DNA of 64,000 nt from Sphingomonadales bacterium (GTDB taxonomy: Bacteria > Pseudomonadota > Alphaproteobacteria > Sphingomonadales > Sphingomonadaceae), in assembly GCA_038211965.1 (NCBI GenBank), contig JBBQVB010000001.1, positions 29,361 through 93,360 on the forward strand, written 5' to 3'. Below, piece by piece: positions 37,304-49,717 of the stretch. Made by a program: the position numbers and the translations under genes. The notes under the pieces were generated by a model. It did no database searches, was not told the origin of the DNA, and saw only the letters and a list, made by a program, of their open reading frames with translations. Position 1 is the stretch's first letter, and every line of letters starts with the position of its first letter.

Positions 37304-37878
37304 TATTCGTCTCCTGAGGTGCGACGTGCCACCTCGTTCATGAACCGCGCATCGTCGCCCGCGACGAGCCACGGCAACTCCGCCGCGACCGCGCCGAGCA
37401 TGTCTGCCAACCAGTCGTGATCGGCCTTCGCGAAATTGCCCAGCACATGGCCGGTGACGCGGTCCTTGTGCCCCGGATGACCGATGCCCAGCCGGACGCG
37501 GCGGTACTCAGCCCCGACATGCGCGTCGATCGAGCGGATGCCGTTGTGGCCCGCCGCACCGCCGCCGGTCTTGACGCGTACTTTGCCGGGCGCGAGGTCG
37601 AGTTCGTCGTAGAACACCGTCAGCGCATCGCTCCCGAGCTTGAAGAAGCGCAGCGCCTCGCCGACCGAGCGCCCGCTGTCGTTCATGAAGGTCGCGGGCT
37701 TGAGCAACAGCAGCTTCTCGCCGCCCACGACGCCCTCGGATGCGAAGCCCTGAAAGCGTACCCGCCACTTGTCGAAGCGCCACGACGCGTGGACCGCATC
37801 CGCTGCCATGAAGCCGACATTGTGACGATGCAGCGCGTGGGTCGCTCCGGGGTTGCCGAGGCCGGCGAAGATTTGCAC
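37303..37878 (-). CDS. pth: Peptidyl-tRNA hydrolase.
   Basis: MQIFAGLGNPGATHALHRHNVGF...GGAAGHNGIRSI. Confidence 0.9.
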   Translation of the reverse strand: MQIFAGLGNPGATHALHRHNVGFMAADAVHASWRFDKWRVRFQGFASEGVVGGEKLLLLKPATFMNDSGRSVGEALRFFKLGSDALTVFYDELDLAPGKVRVKTGGGAAGHNGIRSIDAHVGAEYRRVRLGIGHPGHKDRVTGHVLGNFAKADHDWLADMLGAVAAELPWLVAGDDARFMNEVARRTSGDE

Positions 37879-37902
37879 TTCACCGGCCCCGGCAAGTCAG
37901 GC

Positions 37903-38544
37903 TCAAGCGGGCGTCGCGGTCGCGGCAGCAGCGGCTGCGGCCAGCGCGTCGTCGGCGTCGGCGTCGGCACTGCGCAGCGCCGACGGTGCGACCACCGTCG
38001 CGATGGTGAAGTCGCGGTCGGTGATCACCGGCGTCACACCGGCGGGCAGGACGATCGCCGAGATGTGGATCGAGTCGCCCAGATCCTTGCCAGCAAGGCT
38101 GATCTCGAGCTGATCGGGGATCGCGTCGGACGGGCAGTTCAGCTCGACCTCGTGGCGGACGATGTTGAGCGTGCCGCCGCGCTTGATGCCGGGCGACTTG
38201 TCCTCGTCGGTGAAGTGGACGGGGACCTGCACGGTGATCGTGCCGCCCGCGGCGAGGCGCAGAAAATCGACGTGGATCGGACGGTCGCTGACGACGTTGA
38301 ACTGGACGTCGCGAGGCAGCGTGCGATGAACCGTGCCGTCGAGATCGAGCTCGACGACCGAGTTCATGAAATGGCCGGTGTGGAGGAGCTTGGTCAGCTC
38401 CTTTTCGGGCACGTGGATCGTCACCGGGGTCTGCTTGTCGCCGTAGATCACGGCGGGAACGCGTCCGGTCAGTCGCACGGCACGAGAGGCTCCCTTGCCT
38501 GCCCGTTCGCGCACCGCCGCCGCGAGTTGCATCGCTTGGCTCAT
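37903..38544 (-). CDS. rplY: 50S ribosomal protein L25 / general stress protein Ctc.
   Basis: [27 protein letters not shown]...VHFTDED. ATG at 38544, with an Ala/Asp-rich tail. Confidence 0.85.
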   Translation of the reverse strand: MSQAMQLAAAVRERAGKGASRAVRLTGRVPAVIYGDKQTPVTIHVPEKELTKLLHTGHFMNSVVELDLDGTVHRTLPRDVQFNVVSDRPIHVDFLRLAAGGTITVQVPVHFTDEDKSPGIKRGGTLNIVRHEVELNCPSDAIPDQLEISLAGKDLGDSIHISAIVLPAGVTPVITDRDFTIATVVAPSALRSADADADDALAAAAAAATATPA

Positions 38545-38799
38545 GTTGGTGCTCCTAGTGTTGTTGCCCCGCGCGCCTCCAGGGATGCGGGCGCGGGAGC
38601 GGGGCCTATAGGGGTGGCCGCGCGCGAAGGCAACCCGCTGCAAAGTTTCATGTCGCAAAGGTTAACAAAACGAAAAGATCGCTTGCCTGTCGTCGTCGAG
38701 ATCGTTACGCATACGATGCAGGTCATCGCGCGCCGTCCCATACGGTGCGTCGGGTGGGCAATGCAGCGGATGATTTTTGCAATCGAGGGGCAAGTCACA

Positions 38800-39498
38800 A
38801 TGAAAACATCGGGTTACATACTGGCGTCGGCGCTCGCGCTGATCGCCGCCGCCGCACCGGCGACCGCCGCCAATCTCGTCGTCAACGGCTCGTTCGATGC
38901 CGATGCGACCGCCACGAAGATCGGCTTCCAGGGCAATGTCACCGGCTGGAGCGGCGGTGGCGGACTGACCTTCCTCGCCCCGCCCGGTTCGGCAGATGAT
39001 CTCAACCAGTATCTGGCGGTTTACGGGCCGTTTCCTGTCACGAGCCCCGACGGCGGCAACTTCATTCTCGCCGATGGCGATCCGAACTACGCTGGCGCGT
39101 TCTCGCAGACCATCTCGGGCCTGACGATCGGTCAGAATTACACGCTCAACTTCTACCAGGCAGCGGGGCAGCAGGCTGGCTTCGGCGGTCCGACCACCGA
39201 GCGTTGGTCGGTGAGCTTCGGCGGCGACAACTGGCTGTCGAACGAATTCCAGCTGCCCCAGGGCGGCGTCGGGCCATGGCAGGCGCAGTCGCACACCTTT
39301 ACGGCGACGGCGACGTCGCAGGTGCTGAGCTTCCTCGCCAGCGGCACACCGGGCGGCGCGCCGCCGATTTCGTTCCTCGACGGCGTCAGCCTCGAAGCCG
39401 CGGTTCCCGAGCCGGCGACCTGGGCGCTGATGCTCGGTGGCTTCGGCCTCGTCGGTGGCGCGATGCGTCGCCGGACAGTGGCGACCGTCGCGGCCTGA
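38800..39498 (+). CDS. PEPxxWA-CTERM sorting-domain surface protein.
   Basis: Signal peptide MKTSGYILASALALIAAAAPATA. The C-terminus VPEPATWALMLGGFGLVGGAMRRR is a PEP-CTERM/exosortase sorting signal. Confidence 0.8.
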   Translation: MKTSGYILASALALIAAAAPATAANLVVNGSFDADATATKIGFQGNVTGWSGGGGLTFLAPPGSADDLNQYLAVYGPFPVTSPDGGNFILADGDPNYAGAFSQTISGLTIGQNYTLNFYQAAGQQAGFGGPTTERWSVSFGGDNWLSNEFQLPQGGVGPWQAQSHTFTATATSQVLSFLASGTPGGAPPISFLDGVSLEAAVPEPATWALMLGGFGLVGGAMRRRTVATVAA

Positions 39499-39522
39499 TC
39501 TCGGGATCGAGGCAAACGTGAG

Positions 39523-39550
39523 CGGCGGCGCGGGGCAACCCGCGCCGCCG
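39523..39550. terminator. Bidirectional intrinsic terminator hairpin.
   Basis: Perfect 12-bp GC stem CGGCGGCGCGGG / CCCGCGCCGCCG with a GCAA tetraloop, followed by TTCGCGTTGTT. It lies between the convergent PEP-CTERM and TraB/GumN genes. Confidence 0.6.
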
Positions 39551-39559
39551 TTCGCGTTG

Positions 39560-40414
39560 TTAGGGCAGCCGCTCGACCTGCAGCCCCTTCCCCGTCAGCA
39601 TCGCCTGCACCGAATCGGGACCCGCGAGGTGCGCCGCGCCGACCGCGACGAAGACCTTGCCGGGCTGCGCCAGTCGCGCCGCGATCCAGTCGGCCCAGCG
39701 CGCATTGCGCTCCTTGAGCAGGACGCGCGCCAGCACCGGCGTGGCGCGCAGCGAGTCGCCGAAATCGGCAGCGATCGCGTCAGTGTCGCCCGCCTGCCAC
39801 GCCGCGATCAGCTTCGCGGTATCGGCACGCGCCGTCGCGACATCGTCGACGGTCGCGTCGAGCAGCGCGCGCTGATCGGTCTCGGGCAAGGTGTCGAAAT
39901 AGCCGAGCTGTTGCGCCGGGGTCTCGAGCCCGACGACCGGCTTGCCCGCACGCCCTGCACGCGCCGTCAGCGTCGCCTCGACCCCGTCCTCGGGGGCAAG
40001 GCCGAGCTTACCCAGCGTCGCGTCGCCGAGGACGATCGCCGCGTACCACGTCTCCTCACGGTCGAGCGCGTCGATCGCGAGGCCGGTGTCGCGCACCGCC
40101 TGCAGCAGATTGGCCCGGCGCGAGGGCGCGACGCGCGTCTCGAGCTTGGGCAGCTTCGGCGAATAGGCGAGGCTGGCGATCAACTGGCCGAGCACGCCGC
40201 GATCGTCGGGGATTACGGTCTCGAGCACGAGCGTGTCGGCAGCATCCACGCGCGCGCCGATCCGCGGCGTCAGCCACGCAGTTGCGGCGGGCAGCGCGTG
40301 GACGGTACCGAACAGGACGATCTCGGTGTCGGCATCGGCGATCCGCCAGAGCCCCGGCGCGGCGGTCGCCGAGCTGGCGGCAACGAGGGCGAATACGGCG
40401 GCGAGCGTGCGCAT
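39560..40414 (-). CDS. TraB/GumN family protein (periplasmic).
   Basis: Signal peptide, then LWRIADADTEIVLFGTVHALP and VAVGAAHLAGPDSV, both typical of the TraB/GumN family. Confidence 0.7.
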   Translation of the reverse strand: MRTLAAVFALVAASSATAAPGLWRIADADTEIVLFGTVHALPAATAWLTPRIGARVDAADTLVLETVIPDDRGVLGQLIASLAYSPKLPKLETRVAPSRRANLLQAVRDTGLAIDALDREETWYAAIVLGDATLGKLGLAPEDGVEATLTARAGRAGKPVVGLETPAQQLGYFDTLPETDQRALLDATVDDVATARADTAKLIAAWQAGDTDAIAADFGDSLRATPVLARVLLKERNARWADWIAARLAQPGKVFVAVGAAHLAGPDSVQAMLTGKGLQVERLP

Positions 40415-40507
40415 CGCGTCGCTCTAGTCGCATCGCCGCGGCGGCGCGAGAGCAGCGGCGATTTCGGCGTTGCGGAACCTTGGACCGCCGCGCCGCTTTT
40501 CGGGGTA

Positions 40508-41440
40508 ATGTTCGATCCCTCCGCTGATGGCGCGCTGCTCGACCTGCTTACGGCGCTCGAGGCCGTCCGATATGAGTTCGTCACGCCGACGCCCGCGACG
40601 CATGCGCGTGTCCTCGCGCGCAGCAACCGCGGGCAGACGGTGCGCGACCTGCTCGGTTGGAACCGGATCGTGCCGCCCGCGTGCTTCGACGGCGGGTTGC
40701 GTGTGGCGATCGAGCGTGCGGGAATCGTCGAGGAGACCGGAGACGGCTGGCGCAGCAAGATCCGCGTCACCCGCGCGCGCGGGCGCCTGTTCGTCCACTC
40801 GGCGTTCCCGACCGATGCCGCCGACGCGGTCTTCTTCGGCCCCGATTCGTACCGCTTCGCCGATTTCATCGTCGCGGAGCTGGCGCGCGACTCGGTGTGC
40901 CGCAACGTCGTCGATGTCGGCACGGGAAGCGGCATCGGGGTGATCGTCGCAGCGGGCCTCGCCAGTCCGGCGGCGCTGGCAATGACCGACATCAACCCCG
41001 CCGCGCTGGCGTGCGCGCGGATCAACGCCGCGCACGCCGGGCTGCGCGTCGACGCGCTGCTCGGGGCCGGCCTCGCTGGGTTCGCCGGACAAGTCGACCT
41101 TGCGCTCGCCAACCCACCCTATCTGATCGACGAGAGCGAGCGCGCCTATCGCCACGGTGGCGGGATGCTCGGGGGGCAGTTGTCGCTCGACCTGAGCGTC
41201 GAGATCGCCGCGCGGCTCAGCCCCGGCGGACGGCTGCTACTCTACACCGGCAGCGCGATCGTCGATGGCCGCGATGCATTTCAGGGCGCGCTGCGCGCTG
41301 CGGCAACGGCCGCGGACTGCACGCTGCGCTACCGCGAACTCGATCCCGACGTATTCGGCGAGGAACTCGACCGCCCCGCCTACCGCGATGCGCGCGTCGA
41401 GCGCATCGCGGCAGTGGGGGCGGTGCTGACGCGGCGCTGA
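40508..41440 (+). CDS. Class I SAM-dependent methyltransferase with an NPPY motif.
   Basis: VVDVGTGSGIGVIVAA (SAM motif I) and LALANPPYLID (N6-adenine/N5-glutamine type motif IV). Confidence 0.7.
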   Translation: MFDPSADGALLDLLTALEAVRYEFVTPTPATHARVLARSNRGQTVRDLLGWNRIVPPACFDGGLRVAIERAGIVEETGDGWRSKIRVTRARGRLFVHSAFPTDAADAVFFGPDSYRFADFIVAELARDSVCRNVVDVGTGSGIGVIVAAGLASPAALAMTDINPAALACARINAAHAGLRVDALLGAGLAGFAGQVDLALANPPYLIDESERAYRHGGGMLGGQLSLDLSVEIAARLSPGGRLLLYTGSAIVDGRDAFQGALRAAATAADCTLRYRELDPDVFGEELDRPAYRDARVERIAAVGAVLTRR

Positions 41441-43330
<1,890 letters not shown>

Positions 43331-43420
43331 GCGGACAAGCCTTCACAAAGACGGGCACTGACCCGTCGTCGTAACATAGATAAGCGTCCTGCGCAGCGGC
43401 GCAATCCGCGGTCGTTCGAC

Positions 43421-44362
43421 TTAACGGCCGGAATGGCGTGGTGCGACGTTGCGGAACGTCCAATGGAGCGTCCCGCGCGCCTCGACGCGCCCGAGTGTCG
43501 CTGTCGCGCCGCGATCGAGGCGCGCGATCAGCCGCGTGACCTCGGGTCCATCGGGCGGCGCGCCGAGCTGGCGCAGCGCGCGTTCGGCAAGTCGGCGGCG
43601 CAACGCGGCAGGCAGGCCGACGGCATCGACTACCACACCGTCCGTGGTGATTTCGACGCGACTGTCCCATGCGAGATCTGCGGCCCAATCGAGTGCGGCT
43701 TCGGCGTCGCCAAGGTGAGCGGCTGCCCCAGCCAGTCGCACCGGGTCGAGCCACGGTGTCGCAGCGAGGAGCGCCCGCGCCTGCGTCCGGTCGTGGCGCG
43801 GATCGCGATTGGCGGGGTCGTCGACAGGCACAAGGCCCGCCGCCGCGACGACCGCCGCGAGTTCGGCACGCCGCAAAGTGAGCAGCGGGCGCAGCAGCGT
43901 CACCCCGCGCCCGATAGCGCGCGAGGGCCGGATACCCGCCAGCCCGCCGATGCCACTGCCGCGCGCCAGCCGGAGCAGCAGCGTCTCGGCCTGATCGTCG
44001 GCGTGGTGTGCCGTCAGCAGCCACGCGACGTCGTGATCGGCGCACCAGTCGCGCATCAGGGTATAGCGGGCGTCGCGCGCCTCGGCTTGCAGGTTGGCGA
44101 CAGGCTTCGGCCCCGTCCAAGCTAGCGTCGCGTGAGGAATGCTGCGCGCCGCGCAGACCCCCGCAACCAGCGCCGCCTCGTCCGCCGACCCCGCGCGCAG
44201 CACATGATCGACGGTCAGCGCGCGGACCCGCGCGCCGTACGCCGCGTGTGCGAGGAGGAGGAGCGCCAGGCTGTCGGGACCGCCCGACACGGCGATGGCG
44301 AGCGCTTCGTCCGACCCGACGGCAAGCGACGCGACCGATGCAGCGAAAGCGACAGGCGTCAC
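43421..44362 (-). CDS. tilS: tRNA(Ile)-lysidine synthase.
   Basis: LAIAVSGGPDSLALLLLA is the PP-loop. The GTG at 44362 overlaps the upstream stop (GTGA). Confidence 0.85.
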   Translation of the reverse strand: MTPVAFAASVASLAVGSDEALAIAVSGGPDSLALLLLAHAAYGARVRALTVDHVLRAGSADEAALVAGVCAARSIPHATLAWTGPKPVANLQAEARDARYTLMRDWCADHDVAWLLTAHHADDQAETLLLRLARGSGIGGLAGIRPSRAIGRGVTLLRPLLTLRRAELAAVVAAAGLVPVDDPANRDPRHDRTQARALLAATPWLDPVRLAGAAAHLGDAEAALDWAADLAWDSRVEITTDGVVVDAVGLPAALRRRLAERALRQLGAPPDGPEVTRLIARLDRGATATLGRVEARGTLHWTFRNVAPRHSGR

Positions 44363-45741
44363 GCCGCCGCCGGTACTGCCGCGCTATTCAATCGCGACGC
44401 GAGCGAGAATTTGAGGACGACGAACACCAGCCCCGCACCCCCCGCCAGCGCCGCGTGAAGCAGCCAGAAGGTCGTCGCGGGCATCGTCTCGAACAGTCCG
44501 CCGACCCAGCCGACGGTCGCATTGGCGAGGAAGAAGGTCATCGAGAACAGCCCGATGACCGTCGCCTCGATCGGCTTGGGGGCAAGCCGCGCGAACAACG
44601 CGAGGCCGACCGGCAGGACATGCGCGAAGGCGATCGAATTGACGAGGTGAAAGGCGAACGGCCAGAACAGCCCGATCTTGCCGCCCGGCGGCTGCGTCGC
44701 GGCGGCCATGTACAGGCACAGCATGCCGCCGACCGCGAAGCCGCAGCCGATGACGATCTTGGTCAGCTCGTCGGGCTCGTGCCAGCGCTTGCCGTACCAG
44801 CGGTAGAACAGCGCGACGATGGCGAGAAAGCTTACCGAGACGATCGCGTCGAGGGTGATCAGCCATGTCGTCGGCAGCTTCTCGCCCATTAACGACAGCG
44901 CGAAATCGCGGTCGCCCCACAGCAGGTAGGCGTTGAAAATCTCCTGATTGGGGAGCAGCGACACCGCCAGCACGGGGATGATCAGCAGGATGATCCCCAG
45001 CATCGTCCAGTCGTCGCGCGTCATCTTCGGTCGCGGCGCGGCATCGCGGACCTTCGCGTCGAAATGCTCGGGCGGCAAATACCGCTGTCCGGCGAGGTAG
45101 ATCGCGATGCCGATCAGCATCCCGACACCCGCCGCGCCGAACCCCCAGTCCCAGCCGATCTTCTCGCCGAGTGTGCCCGTCACCAGCGGCGAGATGATGA
45201 CGCCGGCATTGATCGCGAGATAATAAATCTGGAAGGCGTCGGCGCGGCGCAGGTCGTCGGGTCGGTACAGTGCACCGATCTGGCTGGCGAGGTTGCCCTT
45301 GAACAGCCCCGAGCCGAGCACCAGCGCGAGCAGCGCGAACAGGAAGCTGACCTCGAAGGCCATCAGGAAATGGCCGAGCGCCATCAGCAGCGCGCCCGCC
45401 AGCACTGCGCGGCGCTTGCCGAGCCAACGGTCGGCGATCATCCCGCCGAGCGTCGGCGTAAAATAAACCAGCGCCGCGTAGGTCCCGAAAATCGCCGACG
45501 CCAGTGCCGCGCCATCGAGATTACCGAACAGCGCCCGGAAGCTGGCGAAAAAGGCGATATTCTCGACATGGCCGGGCAGCAGCAGTTGCTTCGCCATGTA
45601 GAGGACAAGCAGCGACTGCATGCCGTAGTAGGAAAACCGCTCCCACGCCTCGGTGAACGCCAGGTAGCCGAGCCCGCGCGGGTGGCCGAGAAAGGCGCGG
45701 TCGTGTGGCGGTGCGTCGCCCAGGGCCTCGGCGGCGGTCAC
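44359..45741 (-). CDS. POT/PTR2-family peptide:proton symporter.
   Basis: HPRGLGYLAFTEAWERFSYYGMQSLLVLYM is the PTR2 signature. Multi-pass MFS fold. Confidence 0.85.
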   Translation of the reverse strand: MTAAEALGDAPPHDRAFLGHPRGLGYLAFTEAWERFSYYGMQSLLVLYMAKQLLLPGHVENIAFFASFRALFGNLDGAALASAIFGTYAALVYFTPTLGGMIADRWLGKRRAVLAGALLMALGHFLMAFEVSFLFALLALVLGSGLFKGNLASQIGALYRPDDLRRADAFQIYYLAINAGVIISPLVTGTLGEKIGWDWGFGAAGVGMLIGIAIYLAGQRYLPPEHFDAKVRDAAPRPKMTRDDWTMLGIILLIIPVLAVSLLPNQEIFNAYLLWGDRDFALSLMGEKLPTTWLITLDAIVSVSFLAIVALFYRWYGKRWHEPDELTKIVIGCGFAVGGMLCLYMAAATQPPGGKIGLFWPFAFHLVNSIAFAHVLPVGLALFARLAPKPIEATVIGLFSMTFFLANATVGWVGGLFETMPATTFWLLHAALAGGAGLVFVVLKFSLASRLNSAAVPAAA

Positions 45742-45745
45742 GCGC

Positions 45746-46651
45746 TCACGCCTTGCACTTCGCCGTCACACGCGCCTTTGCCGCCGTGTCCTTGAGCGCG
45801 GGGCTGAGCTTCTCGCCGTATACCGCGTCGAGCTCGTTGAGCGACCGGCACGCCTGCTCGGGCTTCTTGAGGTCGATCAGCGCCTGGCTGAGACCGAGCA
45901 GGCTGTCGGGTGCACGCGTGCCCTTGGGGTATTTCTGGTAGCCGTCGAGGTATGCCTTCGCGGCCTGCGCCGGAGCCTTCTTGCCGGCGTAGGTCTTGCC
46001 CAGCCAGTACTGCGCGTCGGAAGCGCGGGGCGACTTCGGGTGCGCCGCGAGGAAGTCAGTCAGCGCGCTCTCGGCATCGTCCCACGCCTTCGCCTGAACG
46101 AGCGCGTAGGCGACCTTCCACTGCGCGTCGGGCGAGGCAGGGGGCGATGTGGCAGGCGACGGGACCGGGTCGGCGGCGATGCTCTTTTGCGCGGTACGCG
46201 GCGGCTTGCCAGTCGGAGTCGCGGTGGCGGGCGTTGCCGCATCCGACACCGCCGCAGCGGAAGGCGGCCGCGCGCCGCCCTCGAGCGCCCCGATCCGGAA
46301 CTCGGCATCGCCGCGAAACTTGGTCAGCGCCTCGTCGAGCTGGCGCAGCTTGTTCTGATTCGCCTCGACCTGCCCGGTCAGCGTGCGCAGCTGGCCTTCC
46401 AGCTCGCCGACGCGCGCTGTCAGGTCGGTCAGCGGCGCGCTCGCGGGTGTACCCTGCGGCTCGGCGGGGGCGGGCGCGGCAGGCGCGATCTCGGGCTCGA
46501 AATAGCGCGCATCGCCGCCGGGGAAGACCTTGCGCTGCACCGCCTTCATCTCGGATTCGAGGCGCCCGACGCGCTTGTCGACCGCGTCGGCGGATTGCGC
46601 CGCGGCGGGCACGGCGAGCAACAGCGCCAGCGCGCCGAACAGTAATTTCAT
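45746..46651 (-). CDS. cpoB: Tol-Pal system protein CpoB/YbgF.
   Basis: Signal peptide, coiled-coil region (VGRLESEMKAVQRKV) and C-terminal TPR (AQYWLGKTYAGKK...YQKYPKGTRAPDSLLGLSQAL). Confidence 0.8.
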   Translation of the reverse strand: MKLLFGALALLLAVPAAAQSADAVDKRVGRLESEMKAVQRKVFPGGDARYFEPEIAPAAPAPAEPQGTPASAPLTDLTARVGELEGQLRTLTGQVEANQNKLRQLDEALTKFRGDAEFRIGALEGGARPPSAAAVSDAATPATATPTGKPPRTAQKSIAADPVPSPATSPPASPDAQWKVAYALVQAKAWDDAESALTDFLAAHPKSPRASDAQYWLGKTYAGKKAPAQAAKAYLDGYQKYPKGTRAPDSLLGLSQALIDLKKPEQACRSLNELDAVYGEKLSPALKDTAAKARVTAKCKA

Positions 46652-47664
46652 CTTGGCATGGCTCCGGCAGCGGGCGGCGCGAGGCGCGCGAGCAAGGCGT
46701 CGGGGGCGAGGCTGACGTTCTTGACGGTTTCGACAGGTCCGCCGAGCGGCGGTACGGCGCGTCCCGCAACGGTGATGCGCAGCGCCCCCGCGCGGCCCGT
46801 CCACAGTCGTGCGCCGGCTTCTCCCGGCGGCACGTCGTAGCGCTCGCCCTTGGCGAGCACGCCGGTCTTGAGCGACGCGACGCGCCCGGTCGCGGGGTCG
46901 ATGTGCGTGATCCTGATCCAGGCGTCGTCGCCGGCAACGATGGTGACGCCGCTACCGGTCGCAACGCGCGCGGCGGGGTTCGCTGCGACGGCAGGCGCGA
47001 CGGGCGGCGGTGCGAGGCCGACGTCGGGAACGGCGGTGGTCGTGGGCTTGGCATGAGCCGGGGCGACGCTTGCACTGTCGGCGAGCGCCGTCGTCGGGTC
47101 GGCAGCGCCAGCGGCGGCGGAAGCGTCGACCGATGGCGGCGCGACCGAAGGCGTCGCGACCGGCGGTGCCGGGGTCGTCGCCGGCGCGACCGCAGTCTCG
47201 GCGGGTGTCGACTCGTCGAACCACCCCGCACCGTACGCACCCAGTCCGCCGAGCAGCAGCACCAGTGCCGCGACGCTCAGCGCCACCAGTCCGCGCGGCG
47301 GTAGGCGGCGCTCGTCGAGCGGCTGAAGCGGCACCATCGCGGGCGTGTGCGGGGTCTTCGAGGTTTCGGCCTTGAAGCGTGCCGAAGCATCGCCGGGGTC
47401 CATGCCGACAGCGCGTGCGAACGACTTCACGAAGCCGATCGCATAGGGCAGCGCGGGCAGTTCGTCGTGTGCGTCGGTTTCGATGGCGCGCAGATGGCGC
47501 AGCGGGACGCGCGTCTCGCGCGCGATCTCGGTCAGGTCGAGGCCCGCCGCCACGCGCGCCGCCGCCAGCCGTGCCCCGATCCGCTCGGGTGCGCGGCCAT
47601 AGCCCGACGGCCCCTCACGCGCCTCGACGTTCGTCGCCGAACCGTCCGCTTCCGCTGTTTCCAC
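46648..47664 (-). CDS. RodZ-like HTH membrane protein (HTH plus TM plus DUF4115-like C-terminus).
   Basis: IGARLAAARVAAGLDLTEIARETRVPLRHLRAIE (HTH), one TM segment, a P/A/T-rich linker and a beta-rich C-terminus (IVAGDDAWIRI...LWTGRAGALRITV). Confidence 0.7.
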   Translation of the reverse strand: METAEADGSATNVEAREGPSGYGRAPERIGARLAAARVAAGLDLTEIARETRVPLRHLRAIETDAHDELPALPYAIGFVKSFARAVGMDPGDASARFKAETSKTPHTPAMVPLQPLDERRLPPRGLVALSVAALVLLLGGLGAYGAGWFDESTPAETAVAPATTPAPPVATPSVAPPSVDASAAAGAADPTTALADSASVAPAHAKPTTTAVPDVGLAPPPVAPAVAANPAARVATGSGVTIVAGDDAWIRITHIDPATGRVASLKTGVLAKGERYDVPPGEAGARLWTGRAGALRITVAGRAVPPLGGPVETVKNVSLAPDALLARLAPPAAGAMPR

Positions 47665-47875
47665 GCACGTATCCTCTGGCCCCCGCCGCGCTGACCCAAG
47701 CCAAAGCTTCCACCGCAGGGGCTAACGGAGGCACCGTCGCGCGGGGGCCGCGCCAAGTCAACGGTACCCGCCCCTGCGACGAACCGTTTGGGCGCGTTTC
47801 TCGGTAAACCTTGTTGCGCCGCACAAACCCCGCTATGGCCCCGCGCACATTCCCTGTTATTCGAAAGTCCCCCGC

Positions 47876-49714
47876 ATGCGCTTGCGCAACATTGCGATCA
47901 TCGCGCACGTCGATCACGGCAAGACGACGCTTGTCGATCAGCTCTTCCGCCAGTCGGGGACGTTCCGCGACAACCAGCGCGTCGCCGAGCGCGCGATGGA
48001 CTCGAACGACCTCGAGAAAGAACGCGGCATCACGATTCTCGCCAAGTGCACGTCGATCGAGTGGACCGACAAGACGACCGACGTGACGACGCACATCAAC
48101 ATCGTCGATACGCCGGGCCACGCCGATTTCGGCGGCGAGGTCGAGCGCATCCTGTCGATGGTCGACGGCGTCGTGCTGCTCGTCGATGCCGCCGAAGGCC
48201 CGATGCCGCAGACCAAGTTCGTCACCGGCAAGGCGCTGGCGCTCGGTCTGCGCCCGATCGTCGTCGTCAACAAGATCGATCGTTCGGACGCCCGCGCGCA
48301 GGAGGTCCTCGACGAGGTCTTCGATCTGTTCGTGGCGCTCGAGGCGTCGGACGAGCAGCTCGACTTTCCGGTGATCTTCGCGTCGGGCCGCAATGGCTAT
48401 GCGGGGCGCGATGCCGAGGTGCGTTCGGGCAACCTGACGCCACTGTTCGAGACGATCGTCGCGCATGTCCCGCCGCCCGCCGCCGACGTCGACGGCGAGT
48501 TCAAGATGCTCGTGTCGCTGCTCGACCGCGATAATTTCGTCGGGCGCATCCTGACCGGGCGCATCCTTTCGGGGACACTCAAGCTCAACACGCAGATCCG
48601 CGCGCTGCGTCCCGACGGCACCATCGCCGAGGAAGGTCGCGCCTCGAAGATTTTCGCGTTCCGCGGCCTCGAGCGTGTTCCCGTCGAAGTCGCGCACGCC
48701 GGCGACATCATCGCGCTGGCGGGCTTCTCGAAGGCGACCGTCGCCGACACGATCGCCGATATCAGCGTCACCGAGCCGCTGCACGCCCAGCCGATCGACC
48801 CGCCGACGCTCAGCATGACGTTCGCGGTCAACGACTCGCCCTATGCGGGGCGCGACGGCAGCAAAGTCACCAGCCGCATGATCATCGATCGCCTCAACCG
48901 CGAAGCCGAGGGCAATGTCGCGGTCAAGGTCACCGAAAGTGCGTCGAAGGACGCTTTCGAGGTCGCGGGTCGCGGCGAACTTCAGCTCGGCGTGCTGATC
49001 GAAACGATGCGCCGCGAGGGTTTCGAACTGTCAATCAGCCGCCCGCGCGTCATCTATTCGACCGACGCCGACGGCAAGCGCACCGAGCCTTACGAAATCG
49101 TCGTGATCGACGTCGACGAGCAATATTCGGGCACCGTCGTCGAGAAGATGGCGGGCCGCAAGGCCGAGATGACCGACATGCGCCCGAGCGGCGGCGGCAA
49201 GACGCGGCTGACCTTCTCGGCCCCGGCGCGCGGGCTGATCGGCTATCACGGCGAGTTCCTGTCGGACACGCGCGGCACCGGGATCATGAACCGCCTGTTC
49301 GAGAAATACGGACCGTTCAAGGGCAACGTCTCGGGGCGCGGCAACGGCGTGCTGATCTCGACCGAGACCGGCGAGGCGGTCGGGTATGCGCTTGGTTATC
49401 TCCAGCCGCGCGGCACGCTGATGATCGAGCCCGGCGAGGCGGTCTATCAGGGCATGGTCATCGGCGAGAACGCCCGCGACGAGGATCTGGAAGTCAACCC
49501 GTTGAAGTCGAAGGCGCTGACCAACTTCCGCGCCAGCGGCACGGATGACGCGATCCAGCTCAGCCCGCCCAAGCGCCTGACGCTCGAGCAGGCCATCGCC
49601 TACATCGACGACGACGAACTCGTCGAGGTGACGCCGAACTTCATCCGCCTGCGCAAGATCCATCTCGACCCCAACGAGCGCAAGCGCGCGTCGCGGGCGA
49701 AGAACGCGGCGTAA
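47876..49714 (+). CDS. typA: Translational GTPase TypA/BipA.
   Basis: [37 protein letters not shown] and NKID. Confidence 0.95.
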   Translation: MRLRNIAIIAHVDHGKTTLVDQLFRQSGTFRDNQRVAERAMDSNDLEKERGITILAKCTSIEWTDKTTDVTTHINIVDTPGHADFGGEVERILSMVDGVVLLVDAAEGPMPQTKFVTGKALALGLRPIVVVNKIDRSDARAQEVLDEVFDLFVALEASDEQLDFPVIFASGRNGYAGRDAEVRSGNLTPLFETIVAHVPPPAADVDGEFKMLVSLLDRDNFVGRILTGRILSGTLKLNTQIRALRPDGTIAEEGRASKIFAFRGLERVPVEVAHAGDIIALAGFSKATVADTIADISVTEPLHAQPIDPPTLSMTFAVNDSPYAGRDGSKVTSRMIIDRLNREAEGNVAVKVTESASKDAFEVAGRGELQLGVLIETMRREGFELSISRPRVIYSTDADGKRTEPYEIVVIDVDEQYSGTVVEKMAGRKAEMTDMRPSGGGKTRLTFSAPARGLIGYHGEFLSDTRGTGIMNRLFEKYGPFKGNVSGRGNGVLISTETGEAVGYALGYLQPRGTLMIEPGEAVYQGMVIGENARDEDLEVNPLKSKALTNFRASGTDDAIQLSPPKRLTLEQAIAYIDDDELVEVTPNFIRLRKIHLDPNERKRASRAKNAA

Positions 49715-49717
49715 GCG

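Noticed and set aside
37417-39498. 693-aa ORF taken at face value as one large protein.
   Set aside because: Only the last 232 codons (from the ATG at 38800, with a signal peptide) look coding. The upstream part is antisense to pth and rplY and crosses an intergenic region.
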